This document shows, piece after piece, positions 1 to 7,272 of a stretch of 26,693 bases of DNA. Under the pieces are notes generated by a model that saw only the letters and a program-made list of their open reading frames with translations, was not told the origin of the DNA and made no database searches. Location: NCBI GenBank assembly GCA_964448115.1, contig CAYUVA010000010.1, forward strand, positions 62,001-88,693, written 5' to 3'. The stretch is from an uncultured bacterium. Its GTDB lineage: Bacteria; CAYUVA01. The position numbers and the translations under genes were made by a program. Every line of letters begins with the position of its first letter. Position 1 is the stretch's first letter.

Positions 1-984
1 TCCGAAGTAGGGCTGGCGGATGATGCGAACCATGCTCCCCACCTGCATCCCTGCTGATTCGGTCTCCACGGACTCCGGGAAATCGCCATCTTGTTCGGCA
101 GGGATGACTATGACCGGTCTAATCACCCCGGCTCGTATCTGGGTGGCTCCGTTGATGCTGGCTAGTTGTCCTTGCTTCTTGGATAGAAGCTCGAAGGTCG
201 CCTTTGCCATGTCTATCCTTCCAAAGCCCTCGGTCAAAATGAGGGTGATGCCCTTATCCTCCCTACCGGTGATGGCTACTCCCAGGTCGTAACCGAGGAA
301 ATCGCGCAGTGTCTTGTCATCCAAGCCGCCGACAACAACGCCCACGGCTCCGACCTCTATAGCCTTTGTTATCGCCTGGTAGTCGATGAAGGAGCCGCCA
401 ACGATAACCTTTCCCTTACAGTCTGCCGTGATCATGCTGGCGGTAAGCTCCTGGGTTCTATCTTCGGTGAGCACCATTACCTCTCCGCACGCCTCTCCGC
501 CGATGCCGAAGATGCCCTGGATGAAGGAGCAGGGGGACTCGATAACAACACCTTCTTTGGGCAAGATCTCCTTCACCGTGCCATCGATGAAGGCATCTAT
601 CTGCACCGGGATAGGAGGCTCACGAAAGAGCACCTGCCCGGTAACGCTGGAGATGTTCTCTATGGTGCCGTCGCAGGGAGCATGAGCATAAGACTTGAAC
701 AATCCGAATATTCCCTTTGTTTCAGCGACCACATCCCCCTTCTTAGCCGACTCGCCTACTTGCTTTGTCATGTAGGAGGAAATATCGCCGGGGAGGATCT
801 TGAGCTGATTGGCTACATTGAGCGGATAGACGGCACCGGGCAGATCGGTTCGAGCTACTATGGTATCATGTTTAACCCGTTGTCCTTGTTTGACCAGCAC
901 CTCTCCCTGCAAGGGGAGTCGCCTCTCCTTGCGTAGGATCATCCTCTCCTTGACCATCAGTCCTGGTGTATATGCAACTGCCAT
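1..984 (-). CDS. Conserved hypothetical partner of the GlmL-like ATPase (3'-truncated by the window edge); barrel-sandwich-hybrid-like segments, a Gly-rich alpha/beta domain and a KOW/SH3-like C-terminal segment
   Basis: Not in the ORF track. Manual translation from ATG 984 (SD AAGGAG at 996-991) is open for 328 codons to the edge: MAVAYTPGLMVKERMILRKERRLPLQGEVLVKQGQRVKHDTIVARTDLPG...AETKGIFGLFKSYAHAPCDGTIENIS...AFIDGTVKEI...IQGIFGIGGE...GKVIVGGS...AVGVVVGG...LILTEGFG...INGATQIRAGVIRP...VGSMVRIIRQPYFG. It starts 17 nt after the glmL-like stop. Confidence 0.9.
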   Translation of the reverse strand, partial: MAVAYTPGLMVKERMILRKERRLPLQGEVLVKQGQRVKHDTIVARTDLPGAVYPLNVANQLKILPGDISSYMTKQVGESAKKGDVVAETKGIFGLFKSYAHAPCDGTIENISSVTGQVLFREPPIPVQIDAFIDGTVKEILPKEGVVIESPCSFIQGIFGIGGEACGEVMVLTEDRTQELTASMITADCKGKVIVGGSFIDYQAITKAIEVGAVGVVVGGLDDKTLRDFLGYDLGVAITGREDKGITLILTEGFGRIDMAKATFELLSKKQGQLASINGATQIRAGVIRPVIVIPAEQDGDFPESVETESAGMQVGSMVRIIRQPYFG

Positions 985-1001
985 GTATAGCTCCTTCGTG
1001 T

Positions 1002-2819
1002 TTACTTTAGGTATTGTTCCAGGTCAGGGTATGCCTTCAGCGCCTTGAACCATTCCCTGAGGTGTTTGACCCTCATCGTCGCCTCCTTGGAGATATCGAA
1101 CGGTCGCCCCCTGGCATCGAAGATTATGCCGACCACACCGCCCTCCACCAGAGCCTTGTGCGTCTTTCCCTTGCCGCTACCGCAGTCGAAACCTTTGCTA
1201 GGCTCAATGTTCACCTCTGCGTACTCGCCGACCGGCAACTCAATGAGCCTCATTTCGCCGAATTTCATGCTAAAGGTCTCGGTAGCGCCTGCTTTGGGTG
1301 TGAAGTGCACCTTCATCACATCCTTTCCCGGCTTGGTGGTGCCGGTCGGGCTGATGCAGGTGCCGAGCCTTATCAGGCAGTCCTTCTCGAACACCTCGGC
1401 AGCAGCGCGGGGATGTACTGTGGAGAGCACACCGAGCTGGGGCATCATGAAGATGCTATCCACTGCCAGGCGGGTGATACCCTCAGGCTGGAAGGCATCG
1501 ATCAGCATCATGGCAGCCTGGTTGCGTCTCGGCGCATGAGACAGCGCGCCGCCGCTGCCAACCAACAGATCCAGCGCCATCATGTCAACCAGGGTCTCAC
1601 CGGAGCCGGTCTGGTCAAAGGCATCAGAGATGGTTCTTTGCTTCTGCACCCCGCGCAATGACACGGCAAAGCTCTTGTGCTGCACAAAGGCAAGGCGAAG
1701 CGCCTCCTTGGCAATAGCCTGCTCCACGACCAGCTCCTCCATGAGCTGCGGGATGGTTGTGGGGCGGATCATCTTGTTTTTAACTCTATTTCTAAGATCC
1801 CGCTCATCCATGTCAAAGGGCACCCAGCGCATCACATTATCCAAGCCAGCCTCGGCGAATACATTGGAGATGCTGTAGCTCATGCCCAAGTTGGCGCTGA
1901 CCGTTCGGTTGAAGGTTCCCTGAAATACCGAGAAGATGTCGGTGGTGGCTCCGCCGATATCGACCCCGACCACCTGTATGTTCTCCATCTTGGCTATGGT
2001 CTTTATTATCTCCCCGACCGCACCTGGCGTCGGCATGATCGGCACCTTCACCCACTCCATCAGCTTGTTGTAGCCTGGCGCCTGTGCCATAACATGCTCC
2101 ATGAACAGGTCATGTATCTTCTCCCTGGCTGGTCCTAAGTTCTCCCTCTCCAGCACAGGGCGCAGGTTATCTACGATGAAAAGATCGGTCTTTTCTTCCA
2201 GGTTCTGCCTTACGATGTCCCTTGCGTCCTTGTTGCCGGCATAGATGATGGGGAGGTTGAATCCGATGCCGAGCCTCGGCTTGGGATTGGCGGCGCCTAT
2301 GATCTCGGCAAGCTCGGCTACATGGCTGGTGGTGCCTCCATCGATCCCTCCGGAGAGGAGGATCATATCCGGTCGCAGGTGTCGAATGCGCTCTATCTGC
2401 TGGTGGGGCAACCTCCCGTCATTGGAGGCGATTACATCCATTACGATTGCTCCGGCTCCTAGCGCTGCCCTGGCGGCGCTCTCTGCGGTCATGGATTTGA
2501 CCACCCCGGCGACCATCATCTGAAGTCCACCACCGGCGCTGCTGGTCGAGATATAGATGTCGCAACCCAGGTCTCCCTCGGCGGGGCAGACGATCTGGTT
2601 ATCGCGCAAGAACTTTCGCCCAGCCAGCTCCTCGACCTCGGTGATTGCGTTCAGGACTCCCTTGGTTACATCCTCCACCGGAGCCTCGACAGTGGTCGGT
2701 GCTTCACCCCTCACCACCAGTCGATATTCGTTGTCGTGTCTTTCGATTAGGATAGCCTTGGTAGTCGTGCTTCCACAGTCGGTGGCAAGGATGGTGTTAT
2801 ATTCAACTTCCTCATTCAT
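1002..2819 (-). CDS. Glutamate mutase L (GlmL/MutL)-family actin-like ATPase, long form with C-terminal extension (not the DNA-repair MutL)
   Basis: ASKHA-fold motifs DCGSTTTKA (phosphate 1), VDIGGATTDIFS (phosphate 2) and GSGGALSH; family-typical TSSAGGGLQM, ARAALGAGA, PDMILLSGGIDGG, IMPTPGAV and RTVSANLGM. SD AAGGAG upstream. Confidence 0.85.
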   Translation of the reverse strand: MNEEVEYNTILATDCGSTTTKAILIERHDNEYRLVVRGEAPTTVEAPVEDVTKGVLNAITEVEELAGRKFLRDNQIVCPAEGDLGCDIYISTSSAGGGLQMMVAGVVKSMTAESAARAALGAGAIVMDVIASNDGRLPHQQIERIRHLRPDMILLSGGIDGGTTSHVAELAEIIGAANPKPRLGIGFNLPIIYAGNKDARDIVRQNLEEKTDLFIVDNLRPVLERENLGPAREKIHDLFMEHVMAQAPGYNKLMEWVKVPIMPTPGAVGEIIKTIAKMENIQVVGVDIGGATTDIFSVFQGTFNRTVSANLGMSYSISNVFAEAGLDNVMRWVPFDMDERDLRNRVKNKMIRPTTIPQLMEELVVEQAIAKEALRLAFVQHKSFAVSLRGVQKQRTISDAFDQTGSGETLVDMMALDLLVGSGGALSHAPRRNQAAMMLIDAFQPEGITRLAVDSIFMMPQLGVLSTVHPRAAAEVFEKDCLIRLGTCISPTGTTKPGKDVMKVHFTPKAGATETFSMKFGEMRLIELPVGEYAEVNIEPSKGFDCGSGKGKTHKALVEGGVVGIIFDARGRPFDISKEATMRVKHLREWFKALKAYPDLEQYLK

Positions 2820-3201
2820 TTTTCTTCTTGCTCCTTGCGTGCGCGTTTTCCTCTATGCGACATATAAGTTCCTCTAGCTTATTCCGATCAGCGATTAACT
2901 CGGTGAACGTATCATAACTCTTGATGTCCAGGAAGCTCGTTATCATAGGGTTCATAAATGTTAAGAATTGGCTTCCAATATAGTTTATGGGTTTTGACAT
3001 TTCAAGGAGAAATATGGCAGGGGTTTCCATGCCCAGCGCGGTTATCTTGCTCGCCACCTTGTTCAGGATCTCATCCTCAGATGAGGTAAGATCCAGTTCA
3101 ACTGGTTGAGGTATGCGATCCTCGTTATCGGATGTCCTCTTCTGCTTCTTCTTAGGATCGGTATGGTTATTTTTCTTCTTTCTTTTGAACATCCCTAGCA
3201 T
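2812..3201 (-). CDS. Small hypothetical protein, helical core after a Lys-rich N-terminus
   Basis: 129-aa ORF overlapping the glmL-like start by 8 nt, with a protein-like core ILNKVASKITALGMETPAIFLLEMSKPINYIGSQFLTFMNP. Start uncertain (ATG 3201 or 3192). Confidence 0.75.
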   Translation of the reverse strand: MLGMFKRKKKNNHTDPKKKQKRTSDNEDRIPQPVELDLTSSEDEILNKVASKITALGMETPAIFLLEMSKPINYIGSQFLTFMNPMITSFLDIKSYDTFTELIADRNKLEELICRIEENAHARSKKKNE

Positions 3202-3613
3202 CGCTTAGATAATTTTTTACAAACCTAAGTACTCTCTCGGTAGCGCCATCGGTGTATAGGTAAATTCCCCTGAATGCATCCAGCCTTGAGGGCTGTGCAA
3301 AAGGAGACAGGAAGATCATATTCTTACCAGGCACTATCCTGTTGAACTCACGAAGTTTACGGGTCTGGACGCTGAATGGTTTCTTTATTACAATATACTC
3401 CTCGGTAAGTCGATAGCTGGTCGGAAAGAAGAACGAGGTCAGCGCACCTAAAAGCAAAAGGGTTGCTACAATGACCATCAACCAGCTATGCATAGCCAGG
3501 TAAACCAAAAGTAGCACCAGGCTCAGAAACAGGATCACAGCAGCCGATACCAGGTAGTTGCGTCTCAAGGGATGAACGCTCCAGGTCAGTTCTTTGCTGC
3601 TTTCGTTTTCCAT
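3167..3613 (-). CDS. Two-TM membrane protein with a short beta-rich (bacterial PH-like) C-terminal domain
   Basis: Two hydrophobic helices followed by FFPTSYRLTEEYIVIKKPF...LDAFRGIYLY. Start moved to ATG 3613 because the track's TTG at 3652 coincides with a -35 box. Confidence 0.75.
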   Translation of the reverse strand: MENESSKELTWSVHPLRRNYLVSAAVILFLSLVLLLVYLAMHSWLMVIVATLLLLGALTSFFFPTSYRLTEEYIVIKKPFSVQTRKLREFNRIVPGKNMIFLSPFAQPSRLDAFRGIYLYTDGATERVLRFVKNYLSDARDVQKKEEK

Positions 3614-3623
3614 CAAAGCTAAT

Positions 3624-3652
3624 ATTATATGATTACCATCATCTAATTTCAA
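3624..3652 (-). promoter_or_regulatory. Sigma70-type promoter of the glmL-like operon
   Basis: Minus strand TTGAAA (3652-3647), 17-nt spacer, TATAAT (3629-3624), then 10 nt to ATG 3613. Confidence 0.7.
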
Positions 3653-3694
3653 ATAGATTCCACCTTAGCCATATAAGCTTTACCCTAGCAGAAC

Positions 3695-3723
3695 TTGATC
3701 CAATAATACCATAATTATATAGT
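3695..3723 (+). promoter_or_regulatory. Sigma70-type promoter, divergent from the glmL-like operon promoter
   Basis: TTGATC (3695-3700), 17-nt spacer, TATAGT (3718-3723), upstream of ATG 3745. Confidence 0.55.
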
Positions 3724-3744
3724 GAAAGATGAAATTCGTTTGCA

Positions 3745-4035
3745 ATGACAACCGATAAAAGCAATAAAAGGCAGTTAAGTTTCTATTTCTTCATTGCTAG
3801 CCTGGTCATCATGGGGATTTCGCTTGTCATCAGGGCTTGGCCGGTGCTTCTTGTTTCCATTTTACTTGTATCTATAAGCGGTGCCTTCTACTGGAAGGAC
3901 CTTCGAAGCGCCCGCTTGGAAAAATTCAGCGAATACAGAAGACAACAAAGAGAGCTGGAAGAGAAGTTGCAGCGACTGATCCTTGAGGAAAAACAAAAAA
4001 ACAAGAAGCTTCCACCGGATCATGGCGATGAATAG
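3745..4035 (+). CDS. Small membrane protein (2 TM plus charged coiled-coil tail)
   Basis: 96 aa: two hydrophobic segments, then EYRRQQRELEEKLQRLILEEK. Confidence 0.7.
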   Translation: MTTDKSNKRQLSFYFFIASLVIMGISLVIRAWPVLLVSILLVSISGAFYWKDLRSARLEKFSEYRRQQRELEEKLQRLILEEKQKNKKLPPDHGDE

Positions 4036-4040
4036 CAGAC

Positions 4041-4070
4041 TTGCCCTTATCGCCTCGATGTTGTTATTAT
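4041..4070 (+). promoter_or_regulatory. Putative promoter for a leaderless GT4 transcript
   Basis: TTGCCC (4041-4046), 18-nt spacer, extended -10 TGT-TATTAT (4062-4070), then 6 nt to ATG 4077; no SD. Confidence 0.5.
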
Positions 4071-4076
4071 CGCCAC

Positions 4077-5246
4077 ATGGCAGAAAAGTATAAGATCCTC
4101 TTTTCGCTGCCGGAGCTGGATCTGCAAACCCCCCGACATTACCTTTATCTCTACAATCTGATCCAGGAACTTGCCAGGGATCACGAGGTGGCTATTTACA
4201 CAGAACATCTGTATTCCAATGGACAGCTAGGCAACATAAAAAAATTATATAAAAGGCGCATACCCCTGCCGATCCTTAAGAACCTGGAAACTTTTTTCCT
4301 TTTTTTATTTCTGTGGCTCAAGGGATATAGAATCTTCTACAATCACTACGCCTATAGTGCAGGGATAGCTTCGGGATTAATCACTAGGATCTTGGGTGGT
4401 AGGAGCTATTTCTGGCACAGCATAATGCTCAAGCATTTTCTTGATGATCCCACCCGATTCAAGAACATTGGGCTGAGGACATCATTGTCAAAAGCCCTTT
4501 TTCGGCTGAGGTTCAAAATAACTACCCTTTTAGTTTCCTATGTTGTTACCGGCTCCAATTTCATGGCTGATTATTATTCCCGTAACTTCGGCATTACCAG
4601 GGGTAGAATCCTGCTATTTCCTAACTGGGTGGAGATAGATAGGCTTCAGGCTGAGGCTGCTAAGGGGAGCGATCTCCGGCATCGCCTTTGCATCCCCAAA
4701 GACTACAAGGTTATCCTGTTCGTGCATGGGCTATTTTTCGGCAAAGGAGCACATTACCTGCCATTTATTATCGATGAGGTCTGCAGGGCAAGGGAGGATG
4801 TTTACTTCATCATAGTGGGCGATGGTTTCTTCCGGGAGAAACTGGCATCGGAGATAAAAAGACTCCAACTTCGGGATCGGGTACATCTGGCGGGCAATGT
4901 GCCCAACAGCGAGATCGCAGCCTATTATCAGGCTGCTGACCTGTTCATCATGCCGAGTCGCTATGAGGCATTCTCAAGGGTTCTGCTGGAGGCGATGGCT
5001 CTAGGGCTACCATTCGTTGCCACTGATGGCGGAGGGGGAACCTACGATTACACGCCTCAGGAGCAGCATCCTTATATCATACCCAATCACCAGGTGGATC
5101 GCTTCCCAAAGGTCGTTTTAAGCCTCCTCGAAGACCCCAATGAGATGCAAAGGCTAGCCAATGCTGGAAAGCGTTTTGTCCTTGATTACGATAAGGACCC
5201 TGCGCTTAGGCGATTTAAACAAAGGATTATCGGGGAACATTTTTAG
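4077..5246 (+). CDS. Glycosyltransferase family 4 (GT-B fold)
   Basis: KGAHYL, FIIVGDG and ADLFIMPSRYEAFSRVLLEAMALGLPFVATDGGG (E-x7-E signature). Start placed at ATG 4077. Confidence 0.92.
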   Translation: MAEKYKILFSLPELDLQTPRHYLYLYNLIQELARDHEVAIYTEHLYSNGQLGNIKKLYKRRIPLPILKNLETFFLFLFLWLKGYRIFYNHYAYSAGIASGLITRILGGRSYFWHSIMLKHFLDDPTRFKNIGLRTSLSKALFRLRFKITTLLVSYVVTGSNFMADYYSRNFGITRGRILLFPNWVEIDRLQAEAAKGSDLRHRLCIPKDYKVILFVHGLFFGKGAHYLPFIIDEVCRAREDVYFIIVGDGFFREKLASEIKRLQLRDRVHLAGNVPNSEIAAYYQAADLFIMPSRYEAFSRVLLEAMALGLPFVATDGGGGTYDYTPQEQHPYIIPNHQVDRFPKVVLSLLEDPNEMQRLANAGKRFVLDYDKDPALRRFKQRIIGEHF

Positions 5247-5308
5247 CCTTGGAACCATATTTGTGGTAACATAGTTATAGTTATTAAGCGCTTCATAAGA
5301 TTGATCAG

Positions 5309-6292
5309 ATGGCTAGGAAAAGGATACAGCTATCGATACTTGCCACAGCTATCCTCACTATCTTTGCGTTCGCCTCATGTCATCATGGTATTCCGATAAA
5401 GGATGCAGATTCTATAGCACCGCCAAACTATATGTCTCAAACCGAGGGAAATCGCCTATTACTAGCTCTTCCCAATGGTGTAGCTGAGGTCTCCAACCTC
5501 GAATCAGGGGAGAAAAAGGTGAAGATTATAGCGCTTACTGGTGTGCCGGTGACGGTCATCGCCATGTCGCCGGTAGGGGATGATGAGATGCTAGTGGGCA
5601 CCAAGTATAATGGCTTGATTAGGCTCAAGCATTCTTTAGGCATCTGGAAGGTTAAGCAGATACCTTATCCAGACAACTGTATTTACGATATTCTATGGTC
5701 AAGAGGCGATCATAAGGAGATCCTAGTCGCCTCGATCAGCGGCGTTCATAGAAGTATCGATGGCGGTAAAACCTTCCGATGGTGCAGCAGTGGCTTGGAA
5801 GGGAAAAAGGTGCAATTCTTGAGGACTTTGCCCGAAGATCCAAGCACTTACTATGCTATCACCAACCAGAATATGCCCTATAGGTACATGCCGAAGCAGG
5901 ATCGATGGGTCTGGCTAAAGGAACTGCATGATTTTTACTTTTATCGCTCCGGTAGCTCGCAAGATAGCACTAGCATTTTCTGCCATGCCAAGCCAGGCAG
6001 CGGGATCAGGCTAATGACGCTGCATCACATCGGCACCTCTTGGGCAACTAACTGGCAAGCCTTATATATTGGCAAGGAAGTCAGTTATGTAGGCACCTTC
6101 TGTTGTGGTCTTTTCCGTATGTATAATAAAGGCGTCCAGTGGTTCTTTGAGAAGGCGGGATTCGAGAACACCACAATATTAAGCCTGATGGTCGATCCCA
6201 CTGATGAGAACCGTCTTTATGTCTCCACTGCAGATGGGCTTTATTATTCAAGCAACCGAGGTGAGGATTTTAGGAAAATCGAGGGCATTTAA
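5309..6292 (+). CDS. Lipoprotein with BNR/Asp-box beta-propeller-like repeats
   Basis: Lipobox FAFAS-C24; Asp-box motifs RSIDGGKTF and YSSNRGEDF; blade motifs VGTKYNGL, VGTFCCGLF and VDPTDENRLYVST. Confidence 0.75.
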   Translation: MARKRIQLSILATAILTIFAFASCHHGIPIKDADSIAPPNYMSQTEGNRLLLALPNGVAEVSNLESGEKKVKIIALTGVPVTVIAMSPVGDDEMLVGTKYNGLIRLKHSLGIWKVKQIPYPDNCIYDILWSRGDHKEILVASISGVHRSIDGGKTFRWCSSGLEGKKVQFLRTLPEDPSTYYAITNQNMPYRYMPKQDRWVWLKELHDFYFYRSGSSQDSTSIFCHAKPGSGIRLMTLHHIGTSWATNWQALYIGKEVSYVGTFCCGLFRMYNKGVQWFFEKAGFENTTILSLMVDPTDENRLYVSTADGLYYSSNRGEDFRKIEGI

Positions 6293-6294
6293 TC

Positions 6295-7266
6295 GTGAGA
6301 CAAAAGAACACCTTATTTGGCATCTTTGAGCGCTTGCTTGCTTTTAAGTGGTTGCTACCGGTTATACTACTAGCCATCTGTTGCCTTGTCTTCTGGCAAG
6401 TTCACCGGCTGGTTACAGAACCTTTTGTGCCTTCGACGCATCAACATCGAGCAAGAGATATTGAAACCGATACCGCTAGCAAGATCATTGCAAGGAAAAA
6501 CGATGATGGTGCTGCTTACGATGTGATCCCGCAAAAGAACCTCTTCAGGCCTAACAGGGCTCCTTATTACACGCCAACACCTCTGAATATACCCACGCCT
6601 ACCCCCACCGAGAGACCGGTATCGGTAAAGAACTATGTTCTAAGCGGCATAGTCATTGCAGGCAGCTTCAAGAAAGCCTTTATCGAAGACAAAGCCAACA
6701 AGGGCGCCACCGAATCTTATGGAGTAGAGGATAAGCTGGGCGATTTTACCGTATCTGATATCCTTATTGATCGTGTGATATTGAAGAGAGGTAATGATGT
6801 AGCGCAATTGATGATGGATCGATTCCAGAGAAAGTATGGTTTGCCCACAAGAAGGGAACGGATCGAATCGCTACTTGAGAAATATATCACCGGAGAAACC
6901 GAACCAGAACAAGTCGTTTTCGAGATCTTCATGGGAGAGGAAACACCATTCCACAATGTGAATATCTCCGGCAAGGAGATGACTATCCCAATGACCAAAA
7001 AACGGGAATATTATAAACCGGAGATAGTCGAGTATCATGGAAAGAAATACCAACGCATCTCTGGGAAACTGGTCTCTTACAGAGAAAGCAATCAAGGCGT
7101 GATCCGCACCCTACCAGATGGAACAAAGATAATGAATATTAGCGGTAAAACTATCGAGGTTCCCCCGCCTCCCAGCCAGCCTGCTTATCTTTTAAGCGGC
7201 GAACAGAGAGGCGGCTCTTCTCCTTATTTCAGGGCAATCGGGGTGATCTCCGGTCAAGGACGCTGA
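6295..7266 (+). CDS. Bitopic protein with a GspC/PilP-like HR domain and a C-terminal ISG-repeat region
   Basis: GTG start; N-terminal TM, KNLFRPNR, a PT-rich linker, then YVLSGIVIAG..KAFIED...SYGVEDKLGDFTVSDILIDRVILKRG, which matches the T2SS GspC HR-domain pattern. Confidence 0.65.
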   Translation: MRQKNTLFGIFERLLAFKWLLPVILLAICCLVFWQVHRLVTEPFVPSTHQHRARDIETDTASKIIARKNDDGAAYDVIPQKNLFRPNRAPYYTPTPLNIPTPTPTERPVSVKNYVLSGIVIAGSFKKAFIEDKANKGATESYGVEDKLGDFTVSDILIDRVILKRGNDVAQLMMDRFQRKYGLPTRRERIESLLEKYITGETEPEQVVFEIFMGEETPFHNVNISGKEMTIPMTKKREYYKPEIVEYHGKKYQRISGKLVSYRESNQGVIRTLPDGTKIMNISGKTIEVPPPPSQPAYLLSGEQRGGSSPYFRAIGVISGQGR

Positions 7267-7272
7267 GATCAA

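Noticed and set aside
1002-2819. DNA mismatch repair MutL, or a definite glutamate fermentation locus
   Set aside because: The motifs are actin-like, not GHKL, and no glutamate mutase subunit or methylaspartase gene is in the window, so no gene symbol was assigned.
20-2877. Many plus-strand ORFs (e.g. 1014-1661, 1045-1539, 1677-2138)
   Set aside because: Antisense shadows of the GC-rich minus-strand genes, with no recognisable motifs.
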